A DNA stretch of 64,000 nucleotides from an uncultured Chloroflexia bacterium (GTDB lineage Bacteria > Chloroflexota > Chloroflexia > QHBQ01 > JADMIH01), in assembly GCA_963797095.1 (NCBI GenBank), contig CAWCNY010000005.1, positions 672,001-736,000 on the forward strand. The letters run 5' to 3'. Numbering within the stretch: position 1 is the stretch's first letter; every line of letters starts with the position of its first letter. Positions 19,674 through 29,678 of the stretch are shown one piece after another. The notes below the pieces were generated by a model. That model was not told the origin of the DNA and did not search any database. It saw nothing but the letters and a program-made list of their open reading frames with translations. The translations under genes were made by a program, and so were the position numbers.

Positions 19674-21441
19674 CTATACTACTTCCGGCTCGGCGTAGGG
19701 TTCGTAGTGGCGGGCCTTCTTGGGCAGGAGGAAGGCCAGGAAGAAGGTCAGCACGAAGAGGCCCGCCTCGTACCAGAGGGTCTGCTGCATGGAGGCCGAG
19801 AAGGTTAGTTGGGTTGCTTCGGTGGCGGCGGGTGTTAGCACGACCTGAATCTGCTGGGCTACCTGGGGAGGTATTGCCTGAGATGACTGATCGGACTCGA
19901 AAGCCTGGCAGCTTGCGGGCACCACGAAGGGGTCCTTCTGGACCATGCGGTCGTGGAAGCAGAGGTTGAAGCCGTGCACTATCTGGTCCTGAACGGTGGA
20001 GGGCACACCCGCCGACTGGAGGCCGCTCCTGATCTGAGGGGCTACCGCGTCGGCGCTGGGAGTGGCCTGGGTGCCCAGGATGCCCGAAGAAGATCACGCC
20101 TATGACGGCCACGCCGATGGCTCCACCTAGCTGATTGATAGTGCTGACCACTCCGGACGCCGAGCCTGCGTTTTCGAGGGGCACGCCTGCGAGAACGATA
20201 TCGGCGATGGGGGCGATAACCAGGCCCATGCCTGTGCCACCTATGAGCATGGAGGGAATTAGATGCCAGGAGGTTATGTCGGTGCCTGCAAGCTGGATGG
20301 TGAAGATCATGAGGACCATACCGGCGGCCATCAGGAGCACCCCCGCAATGATCACCTTGCGGCCGATTTTGGGAGCAAGAGCGATGGAAGCGCCTGAAAA
20401 GACGATCGCGCCGATAGAGGCGGGGAGTCCGGTGAGGGCGGCGTGGATGGCGGACCAGCCGAGGCCGATCTGCACATAGAGTGTGTAGACCATGAAGAAG
20501 GAGGACATCCCCGCGAAGAAGATGATGGCAGTGAGGAGGCCCACCACGAAGGAACGCTCACGGAAGAGGCTGAGGGCGACCAGGGGAGAGCCGTCGAGGC
20601 GGGTCTTGTGGCGCTCATAGAATACGAAGAGGGCGAGCACGGGGATGGAGGCAGCCATCGAGATGAAGATCCAGGCGGGCCAGTCGAGGTCTCGGCCTTG
20701 AACGAGCGGGTCGACCAGCAGAAGGAGGCCGCCGGTGACCAGAAGCATTCCAACGAGGTCGAGCTTGATAGCCTGGGGCGAGCGAGATTCGCGCACCACC
20801 GCGCCGGAGATGATGAGAGCAAGAATACCTACGGGGATGTTGATCAAGAAGATGGGACGCCAGTCGAGGCCGAAGAGATTGCCTTCGATCAGGAAGCCGC
20901 CCAGAAGGGGACCTGCCACGGCAGCGAGACCCGCCACCGCGCCGTACATCCCGAAGGCTTTTGCACGCTCACGCCGGGGGAACGTTACCTGTATAATTGA
21001 CAGCACCTGGGGCGTCATGATGGCGGCCATCGCGCCCTGGACCACGCGGGCGGCAACCAGGACTTCGGGGTTGGCGGAAAGGCCGCACATCAGGGAAGCG
21101 AGGGTGAAGCCCGTTACGCCGATCATAAAGACCCGCTTCCTGCCGAAGATATCTCCGAGGCGACCGCCCGTGATGAGGGTTAGGGCGAAAGCGAGCGAGT
21201 AGCCCGCGATGATCCACTGGATGGTGGAGTAGGGGGCGGCAAGGTCGCGCTGGATGGAGGGGATGGCTATGTTGACGATGCTCACATCGAGGAGGTCCAT
21301 AAAGCCCGCGAAGAGAAGGACGATCAAGGCGAGCCAGCGGCGGGTGTCGGCTTGCTCAACAATGGGAGTTGCCAGGGGTTGTGCCGCCTGGGTTGCGGCG
21401 TTTTGCCAGGAGGTCGGGTTAGACTGAATCTCAGTACTCAT
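19674..21441 (-). CDS. DHA2 (EmrB/QacA) MFS efflux transporter, +1 frameshift near 20083-20085
   Basis: LDVSIVNIAIP, GGRLGDIFGRK, WRPIFLINIPVG; the C-terminal TM segment continues in the 19674..20006 frame. Confidence 0.88.
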
Positions 21442-21482
21442 TGCTTTTGTCCTTTTTCGGTGGTATGATTGGCCTGAAAGGG

Positions 21483-21535
21483 TTATCTTAGTTTCAGTGT
21501 ATATCAGCAAGTAAAATGCTTAGTAACTAAGATAA
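21483..21535. promoter_or_regulatory. Probable MarR operator between divergent genes
   Basis: Palindrome CTTAGT-A-ACTAAG at 21519-21531; TTATCTTAGT (21483) and ACTAAGATAA (21526) are inverted. Confidence 0.65.
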
Positions 21536-21561
21536 TCGCATTATAAGAGGTGTATTGCGAA

Positions 21562-22671
21562 ATGTCAAGAGGGAATTCCAAACGCGCGGAGATAATTGAG
21601 GGGCTCACAACAGAGTTCAGGAAGAGCAGCGCGGGGTCTGTGCTGCTCAGCCAGTCGGTGGCGGATGCTGTGGGCGTTAATTCGACCGACCTGGAATGCC
21701 TGGACATCCTGCAAATGTCGGGGCCGATGACGGCGGGGAGCCTGGCCGAAATAACGGGGCTGACCACAGGGGCGATCACGGGGGTGATCGACCGGCTGGA
21801 GAAGAAGGGGCTGGCTGAACGGGCCAAAGACCTTGAGGATCGAAGGCGAGTGATCGTGCAGACGGTAGCGGAAGGTGTAAAGAAACTTGAGCCGTATTAC
21901 GAATGGGTGCAGGAGGCAGTTGACGCCATATACGAGAAGTACAATGACGAAGAACTGGCGCTGGTGCTCGAGTTCATGAAGCGGATGAACGACGCTGCAC
22001 AAGCGGGGATAGCCAGGTTACGGGAAGGACCCGGCCAGGTACCGGGGGTAGCGGCGGGCAGGCAGGAGGGCAAGCACTTTTCAGCATCTCTGGGGAACGT
22101 GAGGAGGGGGAGCCTGGTGTTTGAGAACGGCACGACCAGGCTGACGATCAGGGCAGGGGATGATAGGGAGGAGCTCTATCACGCGCACTTTGAGCACCCC
22201 ATACCGGAGGTGAAGGTGCAGGGTGGGAATGTGAGCATGAAATATACGGGCATCCCGTTTTTGACATTCAGGGAAAAGCCCGCCGAAGTGATACTCAACC
22301 GGCGGATCCCGTGGAAGGTTGAGATCAAGGTGGGGGCGTCGAGGCTGAACGCGGATTTGAGGGGATTGGATTTGACGAGCTTCGAGATACACTGGGGGGT
22401 GAGCGGGGCGACAATAGCACTGCCGAGGCCTGAGGGGACCGTGCCCGTGAAGATTTCGGGTGGGGCGAGCAATGTTACGATTTCAAGGCCGCGAGGTGTG
22501 CCCGTGAGGGTGTACGTGCACCCAGGAGGGAAGAACCTGCGGCTGGATGGGGAACGATTCAGCGAGACGGAGTCGAAGCGCTGGGAGAGCGCTGGATACG
22601 GGAGAGCAAAAGACCGGTATGAGATAGAGGTGGCGTTCGGGGCCAAAGATCTGGTGGTGGAGGAGCAGTAG
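21562..22671 (+). CDS. MarR-family regulator fused to a C-terminal beta-rich domain
   Basis: GLTTGAITGVIDRLEKKG...DLEDRRRV; about 200 extra residues with alternating beta pattern. Confidence 0.88.
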   Translation: MSRGNSKRAEIIEGLTTEFRKSSAGSVLLSQSVADAVGVNSTDLECLDILQMSGPMTAGSLAEITGLTTGAITGVIDRLEKKGLAERAKDLEDRRRVIVQTVAEGVKKLEPYYEWVQEAVDAIYEKYNDEELALVLEFMKRMNDAAQAGIARLREGPGQVPGVAAGRQEGKHFSASLGNVRRGSLVFENGTTRLTIRAGDDREELYHAHFEHPIPEVKVQGGNVSMKYTGIPFLTFREKPAEVILNRRIPWKVEIKVGASRLNADLRGLDLTSFEIHWGVSGATIALPRPEGTVPVKISGGASNVTISRPRGVPVRVYVHPGGKNLRLDGERFSETESKRWESAGYGRAKDRYEIEVAFGAKDLVVEEQ

Positions 22672-22676
22672 AGCCG

Positions 22677-23264
22677 ATGGGCCGGTTGAATATCGTCAAT
22701 TTCGGGTACCGCTCGACCAACTACTACGTGCTGGCGGACACCGCGCCGAGGTTGCTGGTGGATGCAGGATGGCCCGGCACGCTTGGCATGATGCGGCAGT
22801 CGTGCAGCAGGAAGGGGATCAGGCTAGAGGATATAGAGTGCCAGATGGTGACACACTTTCACCCCGATCACGCGGGGCTTGCGGAGGATTTGAAGCGGTT
22901 GGGGGTGAGGCTGATCGTGGTCAATACACAGCTTGGGGGTATTCCGTTGCTTAGCACATATGTGAAGCCAGGAGATAAGTACACACCGATCGAGGTTGTG
23001 GGCAGCACGATATTAAAGGTGGAGGAGACCCGTACATTTCTGGCGGGGATCGGGATCGAGGGGGAGATCATCAGCACGCCGGGACATTCGGACGATAGCG
23101 TTACGCTGGTGCTGGACGAGGGGCTGGCTTTTACGGGGGATTTGACTACGCCGACGGCTGTGCCTGATGACCCCTCGGATCTTACGTACCAGAGTTGGGC
23201 GAAGATCCGGGCTAAGGGGGTGCATACTGTGTTTCCTGGGCACGGCCCTGCCTGGCATATCTGA
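22677..23264 (+). CDS. MBL-fold metallohydrolase
   Basis: THFHPDHAG, TPGHS, FTGD, PGHG. Confidence 0.93.
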   Translation: MGRLNIVNFGYRSTNYYVLADTAPRLLVDAGWPGTLGMMRQSCSRKGIRLEDIECQMVTHFHPDHAGLAEDLKRLGVRLIVVNTQLGGIPLLSTYVKPGDKYTPIEVVGSTILKVEETRTFLAGIGIEGEIISTPGHSDDSVTLVLDEGLAFTGDLTTPTAVPDDPSDLTYQSWAKIRAKGVHTVFPGHGPAWHI

Positions 23265-23294
23265 GCCTGGCGGCTGACGAACGCGGAGGTGTAG

Positions 23295-24659
23295 CTAGGC
23301 GGTAACCCTGCTTCTACTGCGCGAGCGTCTGCGCCGCCGGGACGAGAAGCTAGCAGGGGCAGCAGTTTGCGATGGCTGGGCTGACCTACTCTGTGCGGGC
23401 TTGGGCGTGGCGAGGCGGGTGGGAAGCAGGAGTTGGGGTGCGGGCGCGGGAGCAGGTTGAGCACCGGCGGGTTGTGGGCGGCTGGTGCGCGGACGGCGGG
23501 GTTCGCGGGCGAACTCGGTGTTGCGCTGGGGCGCGGGTTGGCTGTAGTCGAAGCCCTTGAGGATGCGGCGCTCGATCTTGTCACCGAGGACGCGTTCGAT
23601 TGAGCGGACGATATCGTTATCTTGTTCGGTGACGAGGGTGAAGGCATCGCCCGTTTTGGCGGCACGGCCTGTGCGACCTATACGGTGCGTGTAGGCATCG
23701 GTGGTGCTGGGGATGTCGTAGTTGATGACGTGGGAAATGCGGGTCACGTCGATGCCTCGGGCGGCGATGTCGGTAGCGACTAGGATCTGGTATTTACCGT
23801 CGCGGAAACCATCGAGGGCAGCCTGGCGGCGGGTCTGCGAGAGATTGCCCTGGAGGGATGTGACAATAAAGCCCACTTTGCTCAGCTGCTCCGCCAGGCG
23901 CTTGGCGCGGTGCTTGGTGCGGGTGAAGACGAGGACAGACTCGGTGTCGGTGTGGTCGAGCAATTGCATGAGGAGAGCGGTCTTGAGATGGGAGGAGATG
24001 GGGTAGAGAGCATGAGAGACCGTACCGACCGGCTCGATGTGGCCCACCTGCACAGTTACGGGATCGCGAAGGACCTCGCGAGCCAGGGTGCGAATGTCAG
24101 GCGGCATGGTGGCCGAGAAAAGTAACGTCTGGCGGTTGGCGGGGAGGTGGCTCAGGAGCCGGCGGATGTCGGGGAGGAAGCCCATGTCGAACATGTTGTC
24201 GGCTTCATCGAGCACCAGCACCTCAAGGTCGGACAGATTGATAGCGCTCTGTGAGATGTGGTCGAGCAGGCGACCGGGGCAGGCCACCACGATCTCGACG
24301 CCCCGGCGAAAGGCTGCCAGTTGCGGGCGCGGGCTGACGCCACCGTAGATAGTAACGGTTCGCAGGCCGGTGTGCCTGCCGAGGTCATTGATGGCGTCGC
24401 CTATCTGCTCGGCCAACTCGCGGGTGGGAGCGAGGATGAGGGCACGCACGCGACCGCGAGGGCCGGTGAGTAGACGCTGGAGGATGGGGAGGACGAAGGC
24501 AGCGGTCTTGCCGGTGCCTGTGTTGGCTAGGCCCATAACGTCGCGGCCCTGCATGACGGGCGGGATGGCCTGCTGCTGAATGGGGGTTGGCACCTCGTAG
24601 CCGAGCGCCTGCACGCCTGACATGATGTGTAGATCTAGATTGAATGATTTGAAAGACAC
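23295..24659 (-). CDS. rhlE: DEAD-box RNA helicase (RhlE-like)
   Basis: PTPIQ, TGTGKT, PTRELA, DEAD, SAT, ARGID, HRIGRTGRA; GTG start at 24659. Confidence 0.93.
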   Translation of the reverse strand: MSFKSFNLDLHIMSGVQALGYEVPTPIQQQAIPPVMQGRDVMGLANTGTGKTAAFVLPILQRLLTGPRGRVRALILAPTRELAEQIGDAINDLGRHTGLRTVTIYGGVSPRPQLAAFRRGVEIVVACPGRLLDHISQSAINLSDLEVLVLDEADNMFDMGFLPDIRRLLSHLPANRQTLLFSATMPPDIRTLAREVLRDPVTVQVGHIEPVGTVSHALYPISSHLKTALLMQLLDHTDTESVLVFTRTKHRAKRLAEQLSKVGFIVTSLQGNLSQTRRQAALDGFRDGKYQILVATDIAARGIDVTRISHVINYDIPSTTDAYTHRIGRTGRAAKTGDAFTLVTEQDNDIVRSIERVLGDKIERRILKGFDYSQPAPQRNTEFAREPRRPRTSRPQPAGAQPAPAPAPQLLLPTRLATPKPAQSRSAQPSQTAAPASFSSRRRRRSRSRSRVTA

Positions 24660-24716
24660 TGTTATGTAAAGTCCTTTGGGTAAAGTGCTGCCCAACCTGT
24701 ATTGTGGGTGGAAAGC

Positions 24717-24746
24717 AACAAAAAAGAGCCTCGGCTTGCCGGGCTC
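24717..24746 (-). terminator. Intrinsic terminator between tRNA-Arg and the helicase
   Basis: Minus strand GAGCCCGGC-AA-GCCGAGGCTC-TTTTTTGTT. Confidence 0.7.
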
Positions 24747-24846
24747 AAACATAGGCTATATTGCACTGGGCTTGGTATTTGTACCTTTGCAGTAAAGGTA
24801 TTCTAGTTATTTATACCATTAAACTGCTGTCGAAGCAACTACCGAG

Positions 24847-24922
24847 TGGTACGCCCGGAGGGACTCGAACCCCCGCACCTGGCTCCGGAGGCCAGCGCTC
24901 TATCCGACTGAGCTACGGGCGC
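24847..24922 (-). tRNA. tRNA-Arg(CCG)
   Basis: GCGCCCG/CGGGCGT acceptor stem, anticodon loop CTCCGGA, GGTTCGA, encoded CCA. Confidence 0.97.
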
Positions 24923-24987
24923 GTACTTGATGTACCTTCTATTATAGCGCGGGCGGGGGTGAGGCGCAAGGGAGGACGAAGGGCGAG

Positions 24988-26678
24988 CTAGAGCATCGGT
25001 CAAGTAATCAGGCAGCCGCAGCCAAGAACTGCGGGGAACGAGCCAATACATGCAGATTGTTCACCACAGCACAGCGCCGCAGATCAAACAGGTTCTTGCG
25101 TACGCCAATGTAGCGGGCGTCCTCGCCCTGCCAGTGCCCGACGTGCGCCAAGCTGTGCTCTACCCCCACCCGTTCCCGCAGCTTGGCTCGTCCGCTGGCT
25201 GTCTGCTGCCGCTCCCGCAACTCCGCCAGCAACGCCTCATCCGGGTGGATACTCACGCTGCGCCCTGCTTTACTACTCGTGCAGCGCTCCCGCAATCCAC
25301 AGGCGTCGCACTGCTCGACCGGAAAATGCACCAGAGCTCCCAGCTCGAAGTTCAACTCGATGCCGTTGGGGCAACGGATCGTCTGCTTCTCCCAATCGAG
25401 GGTGAACGCCGTCTTGTCGAAGTAAACCCCGTTGCGCACCGGCCAAGTCTTACAATAGACTTGCTGGCCACCCTGGCGCTGGCGCACCCAACTGCTACTC
25501 AGGTAGGCACGATCGATGTGCAACTCGCGCCAACTGATGCCCAGGTGCAACAGGTCCGCGGCCATGCTCTCAGTCACGCTAGCCTCCGGCGCATTGGCTG
25601 GCGTGATGCCGACTGCCACCAGCAACTCACTATCCAAGTCACGCAGCACATGGCGCTTGTAACCATCGATCAAGCGGCTCTTGCTCTTGCGACCATGACG
25701 CATCTGGGCGTCCTCGATGCTGATGCGTCGCTCTGGCGCGACCCCTTGCCGCAAGATCGCCCCACCCGCAGCATCCGTGGTCACGTCTTGCTCTTGTACT
25801 TGCGCGGCAGCAGCCAGGCTAGCCTTGACCTGGGGCTGCTCAACCGCATCTTGTTCGCGCAGATAAGCTTCACCGGCAGCAAGTGCCGCCAGCACCAACT
25901 GCAAGGCTTGTTGTTGCTGCGCCGGGTCGTCCCAATCCAGATCGAGTGCCGCCTTGAGGCTGGAGCCCGAGACCAACTCCGCCCCAGCCGCACTTGCCAC
26001 CTCCGCCAGCTCCCGCCCCTGCTGCGCGGCCAACACGCCCAAAGCCTTACGCAGGGCGTGACCCAACAGATTGAAGGTATCTTCCACCCGTGCGGCACCC
26101 CACAGGGGACTGCTGTCAAGGGCCACCCGCAACTGGCGCGAACCGAAGTCGCCACTTTGTTCAGCCAACTCAACGGTACGCTCAATCAAGCGACGGTCGA
26201 GGTTGTGTTTGATGAGAGCGGCACGAAAGGCGACCAGGGTACCCTTGCTGAAGGGGGCGGTGTCGCTGTCGAGACAATCGAGAACCAGTTGCCAGCGGCG
26301 GTCCATCAGGCTAGCCTCGATGACCTCGTCGTCGGAAACCCCGCTGTAGGCTTGCAGCAGCGTAGCCAAGGCGAGTTGAGCGGGCGGAATAGGAGGTTGA
26401 CCACGAGAGCTATCCTCATAGAGGGTAGCCAGCTCAGCTTGGAAATCGATGGAAAAGAGGCGGTGGCGGTGCAGGCGCAAGAAGACAAAGAGCTTGGCGC
26501 GACGAATACGCTTGACGACCTGTTGTTCAAGGGTAGAGAGTTCAATAGGAGGCTCCCAGACAGCGGGGCGCATGGCATTATTCCTTTCTGTTGGCCTATA
26601 GTTGGTTTGCCAACTCTAGCAAACCATGCCCTGTCCGCCTTGTCAAGCCTTCGCCCGATTACTTGACCGATGTTCTAG
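24988..26678 (-). mobile_element. Complete IS1182-family insertion sequence
   Basis: CTAG-AGCATCGGTCAAGTAATC ... GATTACTTGACCGATGTT-CTAG (one-mismatch IRs, CTAG at both ends). Confidence 0.93.
25008..26573 (-). CDS. IS1182-family transposase
   Basis: LDSSPL, DGYKRH, IDRAY, RERVGVEHSLAH; intact 521 aa. Confidence 0.93.
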   Translation of the reverse strand: MRPAVWEPPIELSTLEQQVVKRIRRAKLFVFLRLHRHRLFSIDFQAELATLYEDSSRGQPPIPPAQLALATLLQAYSGVSDDEVIEASLMDRRWQLVLDCLDSDTAPFSKGTLVAFRAALIKHNLDRRLIERTVELAEQSGDFGSRQLRVALDSSPLWGAARVEDTFNLLGHALRKALGVLAAQQGRELAEVASAAGAELVSGSSLKAALDLDWDDPAQQQQALQLVLAALAAGEAYLREQDAVEQPQVKASLAAAAQVQEQDVTTDAAGGAILRQGVAPERRISIEDAQMRHGRKSKSRLIDGYKRHVLRDLDSELLVAVGITPANAPEASVTESMAADLLHLGISWRELHIDRAYLSSSWVRQRQGGQQVYCKTWPVRNGVYFDKTAFTLDWEKQTIRCPNGIELNFELGALVHFPVEQCDACGLRERCTSSKAGRSVSIHPDEALLAELRERQQTASGRAKLRERVGVEHSLAHVGHWQGEDARYIGVRKNLFDLRRCAVVNNLHVLARSPQFLAAAA

Positions 26679-27298
26679 GGCACGATGCATGCTAAAAGAA
26701 GTGGGTGAAAGGAAAAGAACAACGAGCGTTCCTCTGCTAAGATAGGCTTCGACCAAGAAACCCAAAGCAGAAAGGAACGCCCAATGCAGTATACAGCTTC
26801 CAATGTAGGTAAGACGGGTGAGTGCACCTGCACCTGCACGTTTTGCAATTGCACACACAAGCAGTTCGAGATCGGGTTTAGCGACTTGTTCCAGGCCTGC
26901 TCCACCATTGCTGACCCACGCCGTGCTCAAGGTCGGGTCTACTGGCTGCCCAGTTTGCTCTGCATGGCTGTGGCGGCTATCCTTTGCAACTGCCTATCGG
27001 TGTTGGCTATCGCTGAATGGGCGCCAAACCTCTCACCCGATCTGCGTGAGGCGCTCAGCTTACCCAAAGATCGCAGTCCTGACCATTCCACCTTGGATCG
27101 CCTCTTTCGACGCCTCGATCCAAACCAATTGAGCAGTGCACTCACCGATTACTTCGAGCATGAGCAACAAGAGCAACAACAGAATGCGCACAGAGGGGTC
27201 TACATCGCATAGCCTCAGCTTTACGAGCCAACAGTCAGCGCCCACATCAAGCTCTCGTGCTCATGGGCCTCCTCAATTCCTCTGACGCATAAGCCCTA
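26676..27298 (+). mobile_element. Internally deleted ISAs1-family element
   Basis: Ends TAGGGC...GCCCTA. N-terminus DPRRAQGRVY..PDHSTLDRLF (26784-) is joined out of frame near 27195 to C-terminus HRIASALRANSQRPHQALVLMG..*. Confidence 0.8.
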
Positions 27299-27300
27299 AG

Positions 27301-27376
27301 GGGCGATGGTAGTCGGTAGTCGGTAGTCGGTAGTCGGTCTTATCACTCTTCGCCTTTCGTCCTTCGCCATTCGCCC
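27301..27376. repeat. Composite heptamer repeat GGCGAT-(GGTAGTC)4-(TTCGYCC)n
   Basis: Its left arm appears to continue at 24973-24987, on the far side of the IS pair. Confidence 0.85.
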
Positions 27377-27861
27377 TATCGTGGCACGTGGCCTGCGGCC
27401 ATTGTGGGGGCGGTGGAAGTTGAGGGAGTTTTCTCGCGGGCGGCTTCCTGAAGCCAGACATAGACTACCTGGGGAAGATAGGTGGCGGCGAGGAAGATGT
27501 AGAGCCAGAGAATCAGGGGGATGCCGGGGGGTGTAAAGGCGGCGATGAGGGTGAGCACCACAGATGCGCCTACGAAGAGGCCGGCCATAAGGAGGTAGGT
27601 GCGAGCGGCGTGCCAGCTATCCTGTCGGTAAGCATAGGCTGCGCCGATGCAGCTGGCAAGGAAAAGCGCCCCGAAATATTGGAGAAGTAGAAGAGGTGAC
27701 GAAGGGGGAAGTGGGGCCGGCATGAAGAAGCTGTTCCAGAGCGATTCGGAGAAGAGGGCCGCCGCGCCAAAGGCGAATTGTGTGACAAAAGATATGATCA
27801 GGACCACTTTGGTCCAGGTCAGAAGTGTACCGTTCTTTGAGCCTGCGCTGAGATTGTTCAT
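27376..27861 (-). CDS. Hypothetical 4-TM membrane protein
   Basis: GGAGG RBS; four hydrophobic segments. Confidence 0.75.
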   Translation of the reverse strand: MNNLSAGSKNGTLLTWTKVVLIISFVTQFAFGAAALFSESLWNSFFMPAPLPPSSPLLLLQYFGALFLASCIGAAYAYRQDSWHAARTYLLMAGLFVGASVVLTLIAAFTPPGIPLILWLYIFLAATYLPQVVYVWLQEAAREKTPSTSTAPTMAAGHVPR

Positions 27862-28113
27862 TTTATCCTCCCTGGTGTTTATCTTTTAGAAAGGGCAGAC
27901 AATGGCATTGTAGGTAGCCATTACCCTCGACGGTGATAGTTTAGGTCCGGTAATTACTCATTTGCCAGACCGAAAGATGCTCATTGAGTGCTCAGTTGGG
28001 CGTTCAGTCGATGTTGTTGCGAGTGAGGGCAGATGCTATACTGGGCCACAAGATTCGAAGCGCTGGATAGGTCCGGGTAGCGGAACGCAAAACAGCTGGT
28101 AAGGAGAAATGAA

Positions 28114-28647
28114 ATGGATGCTGTTACTTTATTGCGAGAGCAGTTTCAGACTGCCCACCAATTTCTGGAAGGGACAATGGCGGATGTCACTCAGGAGCAA
28201 GCGGATTGGACGCCGCCGGGGGTGGCAACGCCGCTAGGGGCCACCTACGCGCACGCAATCATATCTGAGGACCTGCTTATGAACGGGATGTTCCAGGGGG
28301 CGGCTCCCCTGTGCATGAGCACGTGGACGGGGAAAGTAGGCGTGAGCGAGATGATGCCTATGCCCGGCCCTGAGTGGGCGAACTATGAGGCCTGGACGCG
28401 AAGCGTGCGCATCGATCTGCCGGCCATACGCGAGTATGCGCAGGCGGTGTACAACGCGACCGACGAATATATGGCATCGCTGACGCCGGAGGACCTGGAC
28501 AGGCAACTCGACCTAAGTGGAGTGGGGATGGGACAGCTTAGCCTGGCGTGGGCGATAAGTAACCTGGCGATGGGACACATCCACGACCTGATGGGCGAGA
28601 TTTCGTGCTTGAAGGGCTTGCAGGGGGCGAAGGGGTATCCGTTCTGA
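28114..28647 (+). CDS. DinB-family protein
   Basis: AAGGAG RBS; YAHAI and GHIHDLMGEIS His pattern. Confidence 0.85.
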   Translation: MDAVTLLREQFQTAHQFLEGTMADVTQEQADWTPPGVATPLGATYAHAIISEDLLMNGMFQGAAPLCMSTWTGKVGVSEMMPMPGPEWANYEAWTRSVRIDLPAIREYAQAVYNATDEYMASLTPEDLDRQLDLSGVGMGQLSLAWAISNLAMGHIHDLMGEISCLKGLQGAKGYPF

Positions 28648-28649
28648 TA

Positions 28650-28776
28650 GACGAAGGGCGAAGGGCGAAGGACGATGGTAGTCGGTAGTCGGTAGTCGGT
28701 AGTCAGAAGTTCCTAGTTCCTAATTCCTGCTTTCGTCCTTCGTCTTTCGTCCTCTGACTACCGACTACCCGCTACC
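28650..28776. repeat. Composite heptamer repeat A-B-C'-A'-B'
   Basis: (GRCGAAG)n(GGTAGTC)4..(TTCCTAG)n(TTCGTCY)3..(GACTACC)n. Confidence 0.92.
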
Positions 28777-28802
28777 GGCGTTTTGCGTGCCCTTATTTTG
28801 GC

Positions 28803-28831
28803 TTGACAGGCGTCATTGCGTGCTGTATAAT
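28803..28831 (+). promoter_or_regulatory. Consensus sigma70 promoter of the tRNA-tuf operon
   Basis: TTGACA-N17-TATAAT. Confidence 0.9.
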
Positions 28832-28926
28832 TGTTTGCGTCCTTGAAAACGACACCCTTGAAAAAGGCGCAGAAGGACGATGCACTTGAAAAAGCTAATG
28901 AAATAAAGAGAAAAGCGCTAGGATGC

Positions 28927-29001
28927 GCCGACGTAGCTCAGTGGCAGAGCAGCTGTTTTGTAAACAGCTGGTCGAGGGTTCGAATCCCCCCGTCGGCTCC
29001 A
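28927..29001 (+). tRNA. tRNA-Thr(TGT)
   Basis: GCCGACG/CGTCGGC stem, loop TTTGTAA, encoded CCA. Confidence 0.97.
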
Positions 29002-29030
29002 TCAAGGAAACACGTCATTCTCGCTAGTTT

Positions 29031-29117
29031 GGGCAGTTGCCGGAGTGGACAATCGGAACTGGCTGTAAACCAGTCGGGCTACGCCCTGCGGAGGTTCGAA
29101 TCCTTCACTGCCCACCA
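29031..29117 (+). tRNA. tRNA-Tyr(GTA)
   Basis: GGGCAGT/ACTGCCC stem, loop CTGTAAA, long variable arm, encoded CCA. Confidence 0.97.
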
Positions 29118-29219
29118 GTCGTGATACGTAAGATGTAGTACGTGTTTAGTAGAGCACAGGGAATACAATCGGCCTTGGGAACGATTGAATGTTGCCAGGA
29201 AGGGCTCTATCATGTAGGG

Positions 29220-29678
29220 ATGAAGAGGTGCTCGCGTTGTAAGGAGGAGAAGGACGAGGGGGAGTTCCAGCGTAACCGCTCTTCCAGGGATGGTTTGCAG
29301 GACCAATGTAAGGCCTGCCGGAGGGAGACCGACCGGCGGACCTATGCGAAGCAGTCGGAGGAGCAGAAGGCACGGTATAGGGAAGCAAACTTGCGCACTA
29401 TCGAGCGCAATCGGCGTTTGCTGTATGAGTACCTTCTTGGGCATCCCTGTGTTGATTGTGACGAAAGCGATCCTGTAGTTCTCGAGCTTGATCACATAGC
29501 AGAGAAGAAGGGTAATATAGCCAACTTGATTCGTTCTGGGCGAGGTTGGCAATCGATCTATCGCGAGATCCAGAAGTGCGAAGTCAGATGCGCCAATTGC
29601 CACAGGAAAATCACAGCGAGGCGAAGCGGTACCTGCAAGAAATTGATCTGGAGCCTGGAAGAGAACAGGCCCACGTAG
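29220..29678 (+). CDS. HNH endonuclease with N-terminal Zn finger
   Basis: KRCSRC..QCKAC; PCVDC..LELDH..KCEVRCANCHR; stop codon lies inside the next tRNA. Confidence 0.85.
   Translation: MKRCSRCKEEKDEGEFQRNRSSRDGLQDQCKACRRETDRRTYAKQSEEQKARYREANLRTIERNRRLLYEYLLGHPCVDCDESDPVVLELDHIAEKKGNIANLIRSGRGWQSIYREIQKCEVRCANCHRKITARRSGTCKKLIWSLEENRPT

Noticed and set aside
19237-19698. 153-aa ORF downstream of the XRE gene
   Set aside because: It runs through a heptamer array and several hairpins and has no domain-like features
25050-26666. 538-aa ORF antisense to the IS1182 transposase
   Set aside because: Shadow frame of a high-GC gene with no recognisable motifs
29130-29160. Possible tRNA-Gly remnant (GATGTAGT...TAGTAGAGCAC)
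   Set aside because: Only a short D-arm-like resemblance; no T-arm or acceptor pairing
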